A stretch of DNA of 60,574 bases, the filler included, from Sphacelaria rigidula (taxonomy: Eukaryota), in NCBI GenBank assembly GCA_964200075.2. It is 9 parts of 9 records of this genome, joined end to end, with 100 filler letters (N's around TTAATTAATTAA, not from the genome) between each part and the next. Parts side by side here need not be neighbours in the genome. Positions count along the whole stretch, not along the records: positions 1 to 6,642 come from CAXNAA020018876.1; positions 6,743 to 13,384 come from CAXNAA020018877.1; 7 more parts are not named here. One strand, given 5' to 3'. Below, one piece after another: positions 1-13,245 of the stretch. Both the position numbers and the translations under genes were made by a program. The notes beneath the pieces are model-generated. The model ran no database searches and was not told where the DNA came from. It worked only from the letters and a program-made list of their open reading frames with translations. Positions within the stretch are counted from its first letter, which is position 1, and each line of letters starts with the position of its first letter.

Positions 1-91
1 CTCTGGTCAAGGACGCCCGATTGGAATACAAGACCAACATGCGAATGGAATAAGACCTACTGCAGTTGCCACGCATACTGCAAAGCGCCTA

Positions 92-2376
92 CTACACATA
101 CAGTCGATATCCGCCGCAACATATCTCTCTGCCTCGATTTCCTAGCTCTAGCCGTTTCCAATTGGGATTTCCTGTCAACCGTGCTACCCTCTCGGCCACC
201 TCCGACTCCGGCCATCTCGAGATGCCGTCTGCTAGCTCGTTTTCGACGCCAGGTATGTGTTTCGCGATAATACACCACCCGGTGGCGACTTCCATGCGGC
301 CCATCATCCGCATTAGTAGGGCGGCGCGTCTGTCTTTTGATCCCCCGCATTATTTTACCCAGTGTACAGCCGACGAGTTGTCGCCGCGCATCAGGATAGG
401 GTCTCCTCTCTCCGTGGGCCTTTCGGCCTGAAACATTTGGATAGCGTAGGCGGTCATGAACATTCCACTCAGTTCTAGTAGATTGATAGTGATCGCGCAG
501 GTTTCTCTATTTTTTACTTTTCTCTTCAGTTCGCATGTGAGCTCATGGGGGTAAAGAGTACCGCTAGAATAGCCCGAGCTCTGGGCAGTACCCGCCTACC
601 GCTGCCAGGCTCGCGTCGGAGATGTATCTACGAGATGCGGCGCGTTTCGAGTGAGCGAAGAATGGATCGCTAAGTGATTCACCGCGATGCACCAGGTTCT
701 CCGCAATAGCCCATTTCCAAAAGGCGATATCCTCGTGAAACTCCCAGCCAAGGTTCACTGTTCGTCTCACCTTACGTTTCTTTTTCGCGGATACGTGTAG
801 GTCGGTGAGACGCAGTAGTTGCCATACGAAGTATTTCCCGGGTCTTACAACAAACATGAGGTTCCAGAGTTTCCCAGCTATGCTCAGTACGTCTTGCGCG
901 GTCGCGCGTGTCTTGTCGGGGGAGCAGTCGTGCTCCAGCGATTCTTTGATAGCTTCGACCTTTTCTCGAGTGACCTCTATCCGCATGGTGTGCATGTCGA
1001 TCGTGAATCCCAACGCATCTACGCTGGTGTCTCACTTTATACTTTTGTTAGGTGCAAGGATGGGTATCTCACCCGACTCTCCCGGGCCAGACAGTCTGAT
1101 GTGACCTGAGGCAATCGAAGCTGATGCGGCTAGCGCCGATTTATCTTGCACGCCGTGCTGTACCCTTGCAAGGATATAGTCGTCCACATACACGCTAACG
1201 AAAAGGGGTCGTGGAGTCCCCCCCCGTTTGCTGGGGGAATAGTAGCATCGGACCGGACCTTTGTAGGTGTTCCTTGTTCCCAGGGCTCGACTATGGTCAC
1301 GTGTTTCATCATCTCTCTACCTTCGCTGAGTATTATGGCGTCGAGTATTGTGGTATTGCAGTGTGCATGTTCAGCAGCCTGTGATAGGAGTCCCCAGTGG
1401 CCGGGGGACCCCGTCCATCCAAACGTGAGCCGAAAGTCTGCTACTATAACGTCGTCTACCACGTAGCAGCAGTTTTACGCCTGGTCGGGCGCGATCCTGA
1501 CATTTCTGAATGCATTCGAGACATCCGCCTTTGACAGTAGGGTTCTACTATCCGGAAACTTGACACGTAACCTCAGGATTTCATTCAGTAGTTTTGGGAG
1601 TGCCTCTCCGCAGAGGCATTGCGGCACCTCGTCCACAATCGTGTCCCGGTTGACGCCGCCTTCTTCTCCCTTCGGTCCGTTGGGGTCAAACGAAAAATTG
1701 TTGATGATCCTGACTTTGCTAGTTACTACTGCCCCAAGGGGGGCCACTCTGAGGCCGCTGATTTCAAGCGCCGCCCCTTTTCAAACACCAGGCATCTGTT
1801 CCTTCGTACACCCTCAATCAACTTCTCCCAGACTTGAGGCATGTGCTCTTCGATACTGCGGTGATTACTGTATTTCAGTGCTCCTCGAAGATCGGGAACG
1901 CTAGACGATGTGTTCATTGGCACTCCGCACTCAATCATGTACAGGAGTTCTCGTATCCGAGGAAAGTGTTTTTGGTTTCCGAAATACTTGTGGACGTCTC
2001 TCAGGTTTATCGGCGGTGACACTAAAGTGCCGCCGAGTCCCTTTGCTACATCTCCGATTCTTCCGTGGTTGAGTCGGACGAGACTCGTGCAGGTGGCGGC
2101 TAGGTCTGTGATGATGCGTTTCATTTCTGTTGGGTCTATGTGTGTGTTCGAGAGTTCTTGCTGTTGTTGTTTCCACCGGGTATTGAGGTTTTTGCTTGGG
2201 TGGTCTCTGTGTCCGGTTGGGCTTCGGTGGCGTGTGGTCCCAACTGGAGGTGAATTTTTTACCGACCCGAAATTTCGCCTACCGATGATCTCCTTATTAT
2301 CGGTGTTGTAATTTTTCTTTGGGCGCTTCTCACTCTTCAACGTGTGCGAGCCGTTGTCTGGGCTACCTGTGTTCAA
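92..2376 (-). pseudogene. Reverse transcriptase / RNase H (pol) of the DIRS/Ngaro element, with frameshifts and stops
   Basis: ORF pieces 1726-2376, 1475-1747, 1130-1462, 564-1013 and 92-313 carry successive RT and RNase H motifs in the expected order. Confidence 0.88.
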
Positions 2377-2427
2377 CTATTGATCAACGGTTTTGTTTTA
2401 GTGCACTGGGGGCTGTTATGAACTCGT

Positions 2428-2635
2428 TCACGCTTTGCGCTCGTCAACATGGACGTGCCGTTGTCCAGGGTTCCCTCGGAACTGCCAGACAACGGGTCTT
2501 CTTCTGCACCTCTATGTTCCTTTGCTCCTCTCAAGTCACTGGTTATCGAGTTTGCACGCTTTGCGCTCGTCAACATGGACGTGCCGTTGTTCAGGGTTCG
2601 TTCGGAACTGCCGAACGCCGGGTCTTCTTCTGCAC
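2428..2635. repeat. Imperfect direct repeat (~82 bp, 2 copies, ~126-bp period) inside the retroelement
   Basis: CACGCTTTGCGCTCGTCAACATGGACGTGCCGTTGT...GGGTCTTCTTCTGCAC occurs twice. Confidence 0.9.
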
Positions 2636-3296
2636 TGGGTGTGATTCGAATTTCACGGGGAGCACGAGTTCTGTTCTTGTCTGATCTACCGACGTTGAGG
2701 GTTACCTGTGCGTAACTGCCAACCGCCGGATCTGCTTCTACACGTCTCCTGTCTGCGGGGATGTGCGAAGTGGTGTTTGCGTCGTGTATGCGTGTAGTAC
2801 TGTTGTTTTCGTTGCTCATGGACGGGCGAATTACCTGATCTTGTTGCTGACTTACCCGTGTGCGTTCGTGCTTTCCGTTGTACCTCAATGTCGACCGGTT
2901 ACAGTGATCGTGCGGGCCATTGATCGCGTGTTTGTTGTTTTTCGTGACATTGCGCGGGGTGGTGGTCTCATCGAGTATTTCATGCGTGCAAGCTCTACCG
3001 TCCAGTCTAGTGTACCCTGCCGGCATTTCCTTGTTACAGTACGTCTTGGTGGGGTTGGTGATGGAATTTTTGGTCGGTTGTGGGAAATGCGGAATAGGAC
3101 TACGTGGTCTACCGCTGTGACGTGCATATGGGTTGTTACGTGCGTTGGTACTTCTGCTCTCACCGTGAAAGAAGCTTGCCGCCACCGACCCCGGTTGGGG
3201 GGCCTGCGCGATACCCACCGATCTCGCTGAGTCCGTGACCGGTGCTCCTCCTCCCCCCAGACTGGTAGGCCCCGCCGACTGGCGGAGCCCGCACCC

Positions 3297-5243
3297 TCAG
3301 GTGCCCCGCCTAGCTCCACCATTTCCGCCGAAGCTGTGGGGGAAACGCGCCACTGTACTCGCTGCGGCCGCCGGTGCCGCTGGCGCTGGTGGTTTTGCCG
3401 TCGCCGCCGTCGGGGCTGTTGGAGTTATCTGGAACGCCGCTGGCGGCTGCAGGGGAGGACCTCCGACGGCTTCGTGCTTGCTGGTGTGATCCGTGAGGCG
3501 GCAGCCGCGCCCCCGTGGGCATGTGAGGCCCTGCCAAGCTCGTAAGCAGACGCCCGCCGGCGGGGCCCATGACGCCAGTTCCGTGTTGAAGTCGGTGTTC
3601 GGCGGCGTGAGGTGTTGCCACTGGGGCGGGTATGGCGGGGGTCGGGGAGCGACGCGTTTGACCGCGTTGCTCGTGCCCCCGTCGGGGAGTGCCGTTCGCT
3701 TGACGGCTGCCTTGGGGGTGGGCTGCGCGGGTGAGCCTGCTACCGCGAGCCCGGGGTTTTGGCGGCCGATGAGGCTGCTGGGGTGGCCGTCGGCGGTTAG
3801 CGTCTTCACACGTGTGAACGATGGCGCCGGCGCCGCGGGGCCCTGCCCGTTGGCGGGTGGGGCTGCGGGAGACTCCGTGCGTAGGTTCAGTCCCGCGTAC
3901 CTGCATTCTGTGAGCCACCCGTTCATGTCGTCGTTAAAGTCAGCGATTATGCGGGTTTTGACGGCCGCCTCGTCTCTGTGTAGAGCAGCGTAATTTTTTC
4001 CCGTATACGCGTCCAGCGCCGACGCCATCCTCGTCAGCTCTCCTGTGATGAAGGCTTTCCTATCCCGCCCGCCGTCGTTGTCGGTGGTGCCGAAGTTGAT
4101 GATGATGGTCAGCGCCTTGGTGAATGTTGTGACATGGACCTCAGCGAGAAAGTAGTTTTTTTATTACCAGGCAGCACCGGGGAGTAGAAGTTGGTGACGT
4201 CTACGTCGGTCAACGTCTGGAGATTGCTCAGCATGCCCCGGTTGGTGTCGGCCACGTCGCGGAGTTTTACTTTCAAGTTTGCGTCAGACATGTGAATGAA
4301 AATGGAGACCCCGCCCCTGAGGATTTGGAAGAGTGCCTTGTTTTCGTCCGAAAGCCAGCTGTTGATCTCCCGCTTCTCCTGCATTTCTTCGGCCTTCTTC
4401 GTACCGGCGGGGGCGGTGTTGGCCGCTCCCATTGCATGCATGAGTTGTTGGATCTGCCCCCCTCCCCCCGCCACTGAGAAGTTGGAGGAGTTGGTGGACC
4501 GTGGATTGCGGCTGTGCCTGGTGGTATTGCTGTGGTTGCTGGTGATGGAGATGTTGTATGTGGTGTTGGTCCGGCCGTGGTTGCTGTTGTTGCTGCGGCG
4601 GCTGCGGCTGTTGGTGTTGGTGCTGCGGTTGTTGGTGCTGCTCGTGCTGCTGAGGTTTATGATGTTGCTGCTGCTGTTGCGGTGGTGATGCGGTAGTGGC
4701 CCTCCGATGGGTGACGGCAGTGGGACGTTGGGTGCAAGCAGGGAGGCCACGTTTGCTCTTGCCCCCGCCATGTGCTGTTGCTGTGTGGCGCTCGCCGGCT
4801 GCCGGCCGACCACGCCTTGTACGGCCACGCCTTGCGGGTGTGGTTGTTCATACTGGAGAATATGTACCTGCTGTTGAAGGTTCGAAATTGCCTGGCTCTG
4901 TTGCTGCTGTCTGTGAAGGTTTTTCTGGTGTTGCTGTTCCATGTTGATGTTCGTTTTTGCCTGTGCCTGCAGGATTTGAGCTAGAATGTCGGATGGCTGA
5001 CTTGGACCAGGTGGGGGTCCGAGTGGCGGTGGGGGGGGGTGCAGGTGCGTCAGTATTCAACTGGCCTTCACTACCTTGCTGGCGGGCATGTTGGTTGACG
5101 GAAATCGGGTTGCTGTGCGTGCTTCCGGCTTGCGGTGCCGAGGCTCGGCTTGGTTCCAGTCCTGCGGCCCTTCCCTCTTTTACTCCTGCCGCTGCTGTGC
5201 TGCTCCCGATGCTGATGTGTTGTCCATCGTAAAAATCAATCAA
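3297..5243 (-). pseudogene. Gag-like ORF1 of the DIRS/Ngaro element, with Q-rich region and CCCH-like zinc finger
   Basis: Frameshifted ORFs 4848-5243, 4109-4942 and 3297-4028; motif CLRAWQGLTCPRGRGCRLTDH (C-x8-C-x5-C-x4-H); lies upstream of pol. Confidence 0.65.
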
Positions 5244-5790
5244 GTGCCAGGGACTACTGCACTACTGAGACTGCTGGCGTGCAGCTGACTGGTCAACTGG
5301 TCTCGAGTGATACTGTCTGCTTCTTTGGTGCTCTTGCACCAGACCAGTCTCGCCCGCTTGAACCGACTCTGCGGCGTTTGCGCATTGGACACGCAATCCC
5401 TTATATCTTATTTTAACTTCGGCATACGCCATAGTACATCCCTTATAATTCGTCATCCGCCAACACAAACCTCGTATTCGCACTGAATTCACCCAGTCCC
5501 GATCATATTTCGAAAAAAATGTACAGTTTCATTTTTTTGACATTTTGCCTTCTCATTGCGCGAGAGCCGGAAAACCGTGTTTCACGGTCAATAACACCCT
5601 CCTGATGAACGGGGTATTTACTCGTTTCGCCCGATAACACCAACTAGCACTGACATAGGCACTGTGTTTCGATGATGACGTGTTCATTGTACCAAAATCT
5701 ATCGATGCTAGCAATTTCGAGTACTATCAAAGAGTAGAACGCGAGGAATTCCCCAAAACCCCGCTAAATAGTTAGACCGCCCACTACTGT

Positions 5791-6461
5791 AGCCTGGTGA
5801 GGAAGCATTGACTTACCAGCGGGCAGTATAGACCAGCGCTTTCCGGCATGGTGGCTATCACGCGAAAGGTGCGTGAGCGTTGTAGCACCATTGAAACGCG
5901 GACCGTCTCTCGCATGAGGAAAAACAGCGGCAGCCGCAGCAGCAGTATCGGCACCGGCTGATTAAGACCCACCCCCGGCCGTAGACATTTACTGGCAAGA
6001 AAGATACTGCTGCTGCTGCTGCTGCTGCTGCTTCTCGTGCGGGAGACGGTCCGCATTTCGACGTGCGACAGTACCCATGCACCTGGCGCCTTGTTGCCCC
6101 CTCCTACAGCAGTATCTAAAGTAGACTACGATCTGTTTGCGTGTTGTCACCCCCGTACAGTAGTAGCATTTTTAGTACGAGTACATATCATTTGTTTTCT
6201 CCTGTACTCAAGTATTGGATGCTGGCTTCATTCTCATCACCAGCAATAGCCACGCGTGCGAGACACACCTGACGTGCACAGCTCGCACACAGAGATGCGC
6301 ACAGCTAGCTATATCTCCCAGAACTTAGCCTAGTGAGCAAGCATAGACCCATCGACGGGTAGTACGGACCAGCGCTTTCCAGCACGGTGGCTGTCACGTA
6401 CAAATTGCGTGCACGTTGTAGCACGATTGAAACGCGGACCGTCTCTCTCACGAGTAAAAAC

Positions 6462-6495
<34 letters not shown>

Positions 6496-6552
6496 TCGGC
6501 ACCGGCTGATTTAGACCCACTCCCAGCCACGTACATCTACTGGCAATAGCGT

Positions 6553-6586
<34 letters not shown>

Positions 6587-6587
6587 A
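5791..6587. repeat. Two diverged copies of a ~250-bp unit containing (CAG)n and (CTG)n tracts in inverted orientation
   Basis: 5791-6030 aligns with 6328-6587; in copy 1 the arms 5893-5949 and 6003-6059 are reverse complements. Confidence 0.85.
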
Positions 6588-6642
6588 ACAACAAATTGTG
6601 CGAATTGAGGTTTAACTCCGAGATGAGGTTCAAGCCTGAAAC

Positions 6643-6742
6643 NNNNNNNNNNNNNNNNNNNNNNNNNNNNNNNNNNNNNNNNNNNNTTAATTAATTAANN
6701 NNNNNNNNNNNNNNNNNNNNNNNNNNNNNNNNNNNNNNNNNN
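6643..6742. other. Artificial contig linker (N44-TTAATTAATTAA-N44); the same linker is at 13385-13484, 20127-20226, 26869-26968, 33611-33710, 40352-40451, 47093-47192 and 53834-53933
   Basis: Identical 100-bp spacer with stops in all six frames; the intervening segments are 6642 or 6641 bp, as expected for length-sorted contigs. Confidence 0.98.
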
Positions 6743-7685
6743 AGTTGGCGCGTAGACTCCCTGGCACAGTGTAAAGAGCGATGACCTAGCAGAGGTACGT
6801 TCTCGGCCGATCGGTGGCCCAGATAAGGTACGATTGAAAAATAGTTCCTACATGAGGTATACCTCGGCGAAACGTAACCTACAAAAGGTAATCGGTTTCT
6901 GGAGGCGAAATGTCCGTTCTCGCGTGGCCGTATCTCTCGAGTAACATGTTTTTTATCCGTTTTTCTTCCGAGTCCCGGGTGCCGATGGCCCCCACGAACG
7001 ATGTGCGTGAAAACTTCGGAGCGGAAACGATCAAAATGGCGTGTTTGGCTGTTTTCGCGTTTCTGGCCATTTTTTCGTACCTTTCCTAGGAAAAAACGAG
7101 AAGGTAATCCTTTTCTAGGCCACTGCCTATGATGAAACGGCAATCGAAAAGCGCTTCAACATTGCACTTTCTTCTAGGAGCGAGTGGTGGGAGGTTCATT
7201 TTCGACCCTGAGACCACGGAAACCTATTGACACCGGCCAGCCCTCTGGTCAATACAAACGTCTGACTGAACATCAAAATCGGCCTATCCATCATAATCGT
7301 TGAAGCTTTAATAATCATCATTGCGGTGTGATATTGTCTGCTACAAACATTGTTAGTGGGTGAATGTTGGTAGTGACAACGATTCGATATGCATCCTTAA
7401 CTTATGGGCGAGAGAAGGTAACTTGCCTGCGATGCCTCAATTGCCGTCAAGGTTGACAGCTTAAAGCTTGAGCAACTTTCCGAGGCCCTTTCTGGCACCA
7501 CGATCAGTCTCGTATGTTCGTCCACGAAGTCGTCGGGGTTCGTGTCGGCCGTGTAGTTATACCTGTCGGTGCCGGCAGAAGCAGACGTGGCAATTACGAG
7601 ATAAGTAGTAGATCGGCATGGTGCGGGGTTCGGGCGTATCGTGGCGTATGGTGATTCTCAAATTACTAGGTCATAATTCATAATA

Positions 7686-8002
7686 GCCGCCCCGCCCCGT
7701 CGGTGTGATGGTCCGACTGTCGCCTATAGGGTGAGGAGAATGACGGTTCAGATCCCGATGCGTTGGGTTTCTTCTTCCAAGTATCTGATTTCCACCGTCG
7801 AAACCGTTAGTGCGCGACTAAGCAACGAGTAGTTGACTGAGTGTGTTTGACGAGAGTTGATGCGGTGCAGGAGTGCTGATAGTCATGACCCAACCAGCGA
7901 GGTCACAATGTAAGGCGTGTACTGAGTCGATCCCTCGAGACCACGGAGTCGTCCCGAGGAAGGGGAGGGGTTCAAAGTGCTACAATTCAATAAATAAATA
8001 TA
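7686..8002 (+). mobile_element. tRNA-derived SINE, family A
   Basis: Degenerate A/B-box head (GGTGTGATGGT, GGTTCAGATCC), shared body, 3' GTCCCGAGGAAGGG and AT-rich tail; homologous to the copies at 20227, 22772, 29815 and 31931. Confidence 0.8.
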
Positions 8003-11000
8003 ACTAGTTCAACAAAATTACCGACAAAAACATATATAGGAGGCCGGCGGCTGACGCCGCAGCAGTCAGCGGGAGCGATTTCCGAAAATGAGGTGTTTTA
8101 GTTGGCGAATTTAATCGAGAAGTTAATCGATTCCGTGTTCAAAGCCAAAATCACGACGGCCTTCTTCCTTGTTTTACATTTTTCCGTTGCCTGCGGCGTC
8201 CTCCAATTCTAAGGTAGTCGCCGTCTTTGCCATTTTATCAAACGCATGATATATTATGAAGCCCAGATACATGGAGCCAGAAATGGATCACGCTCATGGC
8301 TACGCGGTTGAGGACTCGAAATTGCAGCGATGACATCGAATCGTCTCACAGACTTGTGAGGAAAAATAACGGAATTTGACACTTTCAATATCCCGATGCA
8401 GAGTTCACAATTGGTTCTCCTGGTACATCAACACCCTGAAATCCAACGGCAGCCAGACTGAAAAGTAAGTAACAAAAACGATGTAATGCGAACTGTATTT
8501 ACGTTGTTAGTGTACCCCGTTTCGTAGAAGTGGTTTCCACAACTTTTCGATTGTCTGAGCAGCTCGGCAGACGAAAAAATACGAGCTGGTCCAGCGACTA
8601 GCGTGCTCACGATCAAAGGTGGGGCATGCTCTAGACGGAGGTCAACGTCCAAGGCGGATACCCCGTGCATCACTTCAAGCCCTCCACAACCTCACATGGA
8701 CGTTCCATCCACATTTTAAGAACCCATATGAAAATCTAAACTGAAGGTCCCCGATCGACATCTCGGATGGGCGTCCCAACATTTACGATGAGATCCGGGG
8801 TATATTCAACAGAAGGATGACCCACATGAAGATTCCAGATGGAGGTCCCTGATGGATGTGGCGTTTCCGAGTGATATCTTCGACGGATATCCCAGGTGAA
8901 TGTGATATTTCGGATGAGTATCCCAGGTGAAATCGATTTCCCAGATGGAGGTAGCATGAAAGTGCAGGCCTCCAGTTACTTAGGCCCAATATATCAGTTA
9001 CAACTCTAGCGCTCTCACTCGAAAAAGTCCGCTGTGTTTACAAACGTGGGGACGGGATATCCACAGAACGCGTAGGCTCCGGAGGATGGGGACGAGAGGT
9101 GTCGATTACGATAGATGATGTTATCCCTGACTAATTCAAAAGGCGGAAATTTATCTCAGAGATCCGACATTTCCGCTCGTCAAAACCGCTAATGGAAACC
9201 GACAGAGGGTGTGCACCTTGCGAGACTGCCACTCGTCGCTCCACCACCACGACCCGCTGTAGCAGGCACACTCGGTAGTCGTGTTAAGGACGCATATTGC
9301 ACTCGCACAATGCAATGCCCCACAGGTTCCAAGTGCTCCGTTTTCACTTGGGATTATAGGTAGGGTTGATCTTGGGTGACAAGATTACGGCATTTTGAAA
9401 CATATGTAGGGTGTGCTTGCAAATGGCGAGAGAGGGAGGGCAAGGCGAGACAGGCGAGTCAGAATCATGCGCAGGAGAAGTACCATCAGCACTGTCTGCA
9501 CTGTCTGTGCTGATGCGATTGGCCACGGGACGCCTGTGCTGATGCATTGTTGTACCGTCCGTGCGCGGGCCGAGCACCGATACTGAGTGCTGTCCCCAAG
9601 TGGTTCACGAAGTCTGTGAGACGTCTCTTGGCGGAGATATGCAACCCTTTGTTTTGCATCATACACGCGCGGGCAGTGGGGTTTACGCGAATTTGCCATC
9701 AAACATTTCATTGCTGCTTTACTCGGGTATTAGTTCGGACGTCAAGATCCGCATCTTCAGAGGGCTGATAGTCTCAAGTCCTCACTACCGTACATACCAA
9801 CCATTTCTGCTCAAAGCCCCGAACGGTGCAGATGTGAGCTCTGCCAGTGCACTCTACCCACAGCTCCTTTAATCAATTTTACCCGCACCAATTTCCCCGC
9901 GGGTGTATGATGGTTGATTGTACCCTGAATGTGACGGTCAAACAGGGGTACTATGGTCACGGGTAATTGTCGGGTATTTCGGTGCTTTGTTTCACATGAG
10001 GGCATGATGAAACCGATAAGTTGGAAGGATGTCAAACCATGAAGGAGTGTGGCTATGATTCGACGTATGAGGAAGCGATTGTGTGGTGGATTACTAGCCC
10101 GAGATGTGGACTGTGGATCAGGCTGAAATGTGGCGCTGTGAATCAACTGGAGTGTGGTCTATCATGTAATTGAGGTACGTTGGCTAGTTGCATTTTCGGT
10201 CACGGGAAATTATGTTCTGTGGGCTTGATGAGGTTGATACGCAACCCACTTGCCCCACTCCACCTTTCTCCACCTTGCTCCCCTCGACTTCAGCTTCTTG
10301 CTCCACTTTTCTACTCCTGCTTCCACCGTCGTCTTACGGGTTTCAGCAGTTAGTGAGTTTGTTGTGTTGAGCTTTGTGTATTGATTTCCAGGGTGATTGA
10401 GCATATTTGGTGTCGAGCATATTTGTGTGTTGGTTTTCTGGTGTTGAGCCTTCAGCGCTGTGATAATATATAATAAAAAAAATTGTGTGTATTTTTCTTC
10501 CAGTTTGTTTCTTTATACGGACCTGCTTTGCTGGCCGTGACCAGCTGCACCGCAGAGTTTGTATCGTGGCACCCCAGCCACGAGGTACGGAAATGCCCCT
10601 CTTCGACTTACTGTTCTCTGTCACACACATGCCCGCAAGGACGGTGCTGCTGCAAAACCAGATAGATAGATCCAATATGAACTAAGGGAGTCTTATTCAT
10701 CGTCGATTGTCCGCCACCCCGACCGGGCGCTTGACCACACGCGAGTTGGGGGGAATGCACGAGAGATCAAACACTTGTGAAGACCTTCTTGACATGCAGA
10801 GTGAAAAAAGATACCTACGGTGGTGACCTAACTGTTGCTAGCATCATGCAGAGGGGTGCGTCAGCTGCGATCTGGAGCTTTCGTTGATCTACTCCACCTC
10901 CCGTCTGCAGACGTCTGCCTATAGAGGTCACACTCGGTATTGATATCACATATGTTATTATGTACCCAAATTCGGAACACCTTTGAAAACGAGAGAGTTA

Positions 11001-11249
11001 GTTTTTCCAAAGTACATCGACATGGTTGAAATGACTCCTTTAACCCGAGGGAAAGTGTTCGACACTTCCTACGATAGTCCCCCTACGTTTGTATTTGCAT
11101 ATGCACGAGCAACATTAAGACAATGAGTTGCAACCCGACAGCCTTCAGAGGTCACCTAAATTTCCAAACCGTACAACCGAGCATGGTCCCTGGCCACCTC
11201 GAGCGCCAAATCCTGGTTTTCCTTCGTCACCCCATCGTCGTCGTCGTCG

Positions 11250-13245
11250 TCGTCGATGGTTTGCTCTTGAGCCAGGATAGACTTTGAGTAGTTCGAGGTT
11301 GGGACGCACTTCGGCAGACGACCTGGTCCAACCCGTTTCGGCGGTTGAGTTAGTTGGGCGAACTATCTACCCTGAAGTGCTTGCTCGCATGCTGCGTCCC
11401 GCACTCTAGAAACCTCAGCCTCCTCGGTGTCGTCGGAGACGACGGTGATGATGGTTCGCCCTGCACCCAGGACCACATCAGCCAAGCTTTGTCGGTCTGC
11501 GCCCGTCACCAAGACAGCATCTCCTGTTCTGGAGAACCTGTGATGCCGGCAAGATGGACGTCATCGGCGGTGTTAGTCGAAAAAAACGGCTGGAAAGGGT
11601 AGCAAATATCGAGTTCATCGCGTCGGAGTCGGAATTTCCATTGATACGGACTTCTTGGGTCTACTACTGTCCCGCCATCATTACATGTACATATCTCTAC
11701 CCGTTTGTCGTCAGTTTCCGCGACTGTTGTACACAACGAGTATATTTGGCGGTGGCGGGACCGTCCCGGTCCGATGTCGCTTCATTCGTGACGTGTATTC
11801 TCACCGTTTGATGAAATATTCCGCCGTCGGGGCCACCAGGAATGTGCCGCTGTCAGGTTGCTTCTGTGAAACGATGACGTTCGCGGCCTCCAAAAACCTC
11901 CAGAAACCCCGCCCATTCAGTTGGCGGGGCTGCGCGGGAGCCCCCCCGTCGGTCGACATACGTAAGTCGGCGACTTGTGGGCAATGAGCGCCACTGCGCC
12001 GTGTGAAGGGAGGTCCTGCTTCTTGCCGTCGGGAATACGGCCAGTCTGTCCGTTGAGATATACAGTGAAGATCGGGTTATCTTCGAGGGTTAGTCCCTCT
12101 AGGGCCAGTACATCTGCGCAGTTTCACCAGGCAACAGCACACAGGCGCGTGTCACATATTATGGACGCCAACGATGTGGTGCATTTATGTGTGATAATAC
12201 CACAACCGACGCAAACACTATTGAGTTTGAAGTGACCCTATGGACGTCGGCCTACATTCGTTCGCAGTAGACGCGATCGTGTGATTTCTCCCAAGTGCGC
12301 CATTGCTTGAAACGCAGGACCTGTGCGGCGACCAACGGTCTCCAATCATGGTTTCTATCCCCTTCGGCAGCGCTGGGTCTGTGAGTGTCTCGGGTGAATG
12401 CATTCGAATCACATCGGCAGTACCGACACAAAGCCGGTGTGCCTAATTCACCGCACACGATTTCAAGTACTGGCTTGGGAGCACCAACAGAACATCGCTA
12501 AAACCCACCGCGGATGTGCGGGACGTTGATCATCCAGATTTTCTCCATCGCAATGATGAGGGTGCCTGAGCAGTGAATATAAGCCGCCAGGTCGTTGACG
12601 ACCGCCCTCAGTTTTCCTGCTGATGTGGGATCGTCCTTCAAAATGCCACTGTCTGATGCCGCGTTCCAAAAGCAAAGCATCGCCTCGTTAGCGCATGGCA
12701 TTTTGCGCTGTTGCTCCGCGCCCGGATTCACCAAGTCCTTTACAAAGGACTTCGTCACAGCAGTCCTGGTCAATGAAAGGTCGAGTGCACAGGACGGGAG
12801 GAATAGGGGCACAATCAAAAGATGTGCAGAGCCGGGGGGCTAGTCATTCCCGAAAACTCGTACATTGTTGAGGGACCCTCTTCCCGGTCGGGTACACAGT
12901 AAAACATTGATCTGCGTAAGAACATGGTCAATGGGTGCAACGGTGAATCTCTCACGTACTGCACTCTCTCATCACTACGGTATTGTATATGATATGTGAT
13001 TACCGTACAGATTTGGTTTGCTGACATCGTCCGACAGTAGTTATTAACATCCCTTACCGTTTGTACACTTAATGCACCGTCAATCCTGCAGTGAGCGGCG
13101 TTCCTCACCTCAACTTCGCCAGCCGATCGCTGTGCTTCTTTGCAGCGGTAATGACGGGGGCGGCGGACTCCCTCTTCCTCTTCGACCTCCGCGGTGCGCC
13201 CGCCTTGGCCGACCCGCCTTTGCTCTTGCCTGTCACCATCATCGT
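11250..13245 (-). pseudogene. Decayed spliced protein-coding sequence of unknown family
   Basis: Lys-rich first-exon-like segment (MMVTGKSKGG...KLR then GTGAG), acceptor CATTGACCAG near 12766, then ~1.5 kb of coding-like sequence broken by stops and frameshifts (ORFs 12498-12818, 12252-12458, 11506-11736). Confidence 0.35.

Larger units (their letters stand above)
1..5500 (-). mobile_element. Degenerate DIRS/Ngaro-type retrotransposon (gag-like ORF1, RT, RNase H), truncated by the contig start
   Basis: Frameshifted minus-strand fragments: PLGAVVTSKVRIINNFSF, SKADVSNAFRNVRI, LTFGWTGSPGHW, VYVDD (1179-1190), SDAS..VGG, INLLEL, GDNSSAV and HIPGVENELADGISRW (DIRS-class RNase H). No tyrosine recombinase catalytic region is visible and the 5' boundary is approximate. 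Confidence 0.85.

Noticed and set aside
5565..5630. Hammerhead ribozyme (GAAA...GTC...CTGATGA)
   Set aside because: There is an extra A in the core, and no stem I or closing stem II can be formed.
8240..8700. Harbinger DDE transposase relic (CIGILK, LHNI-like words on the minus strand)
   Set aside because: The motifs are short, lie in different frames, and lack the upstream catalytic motifs.
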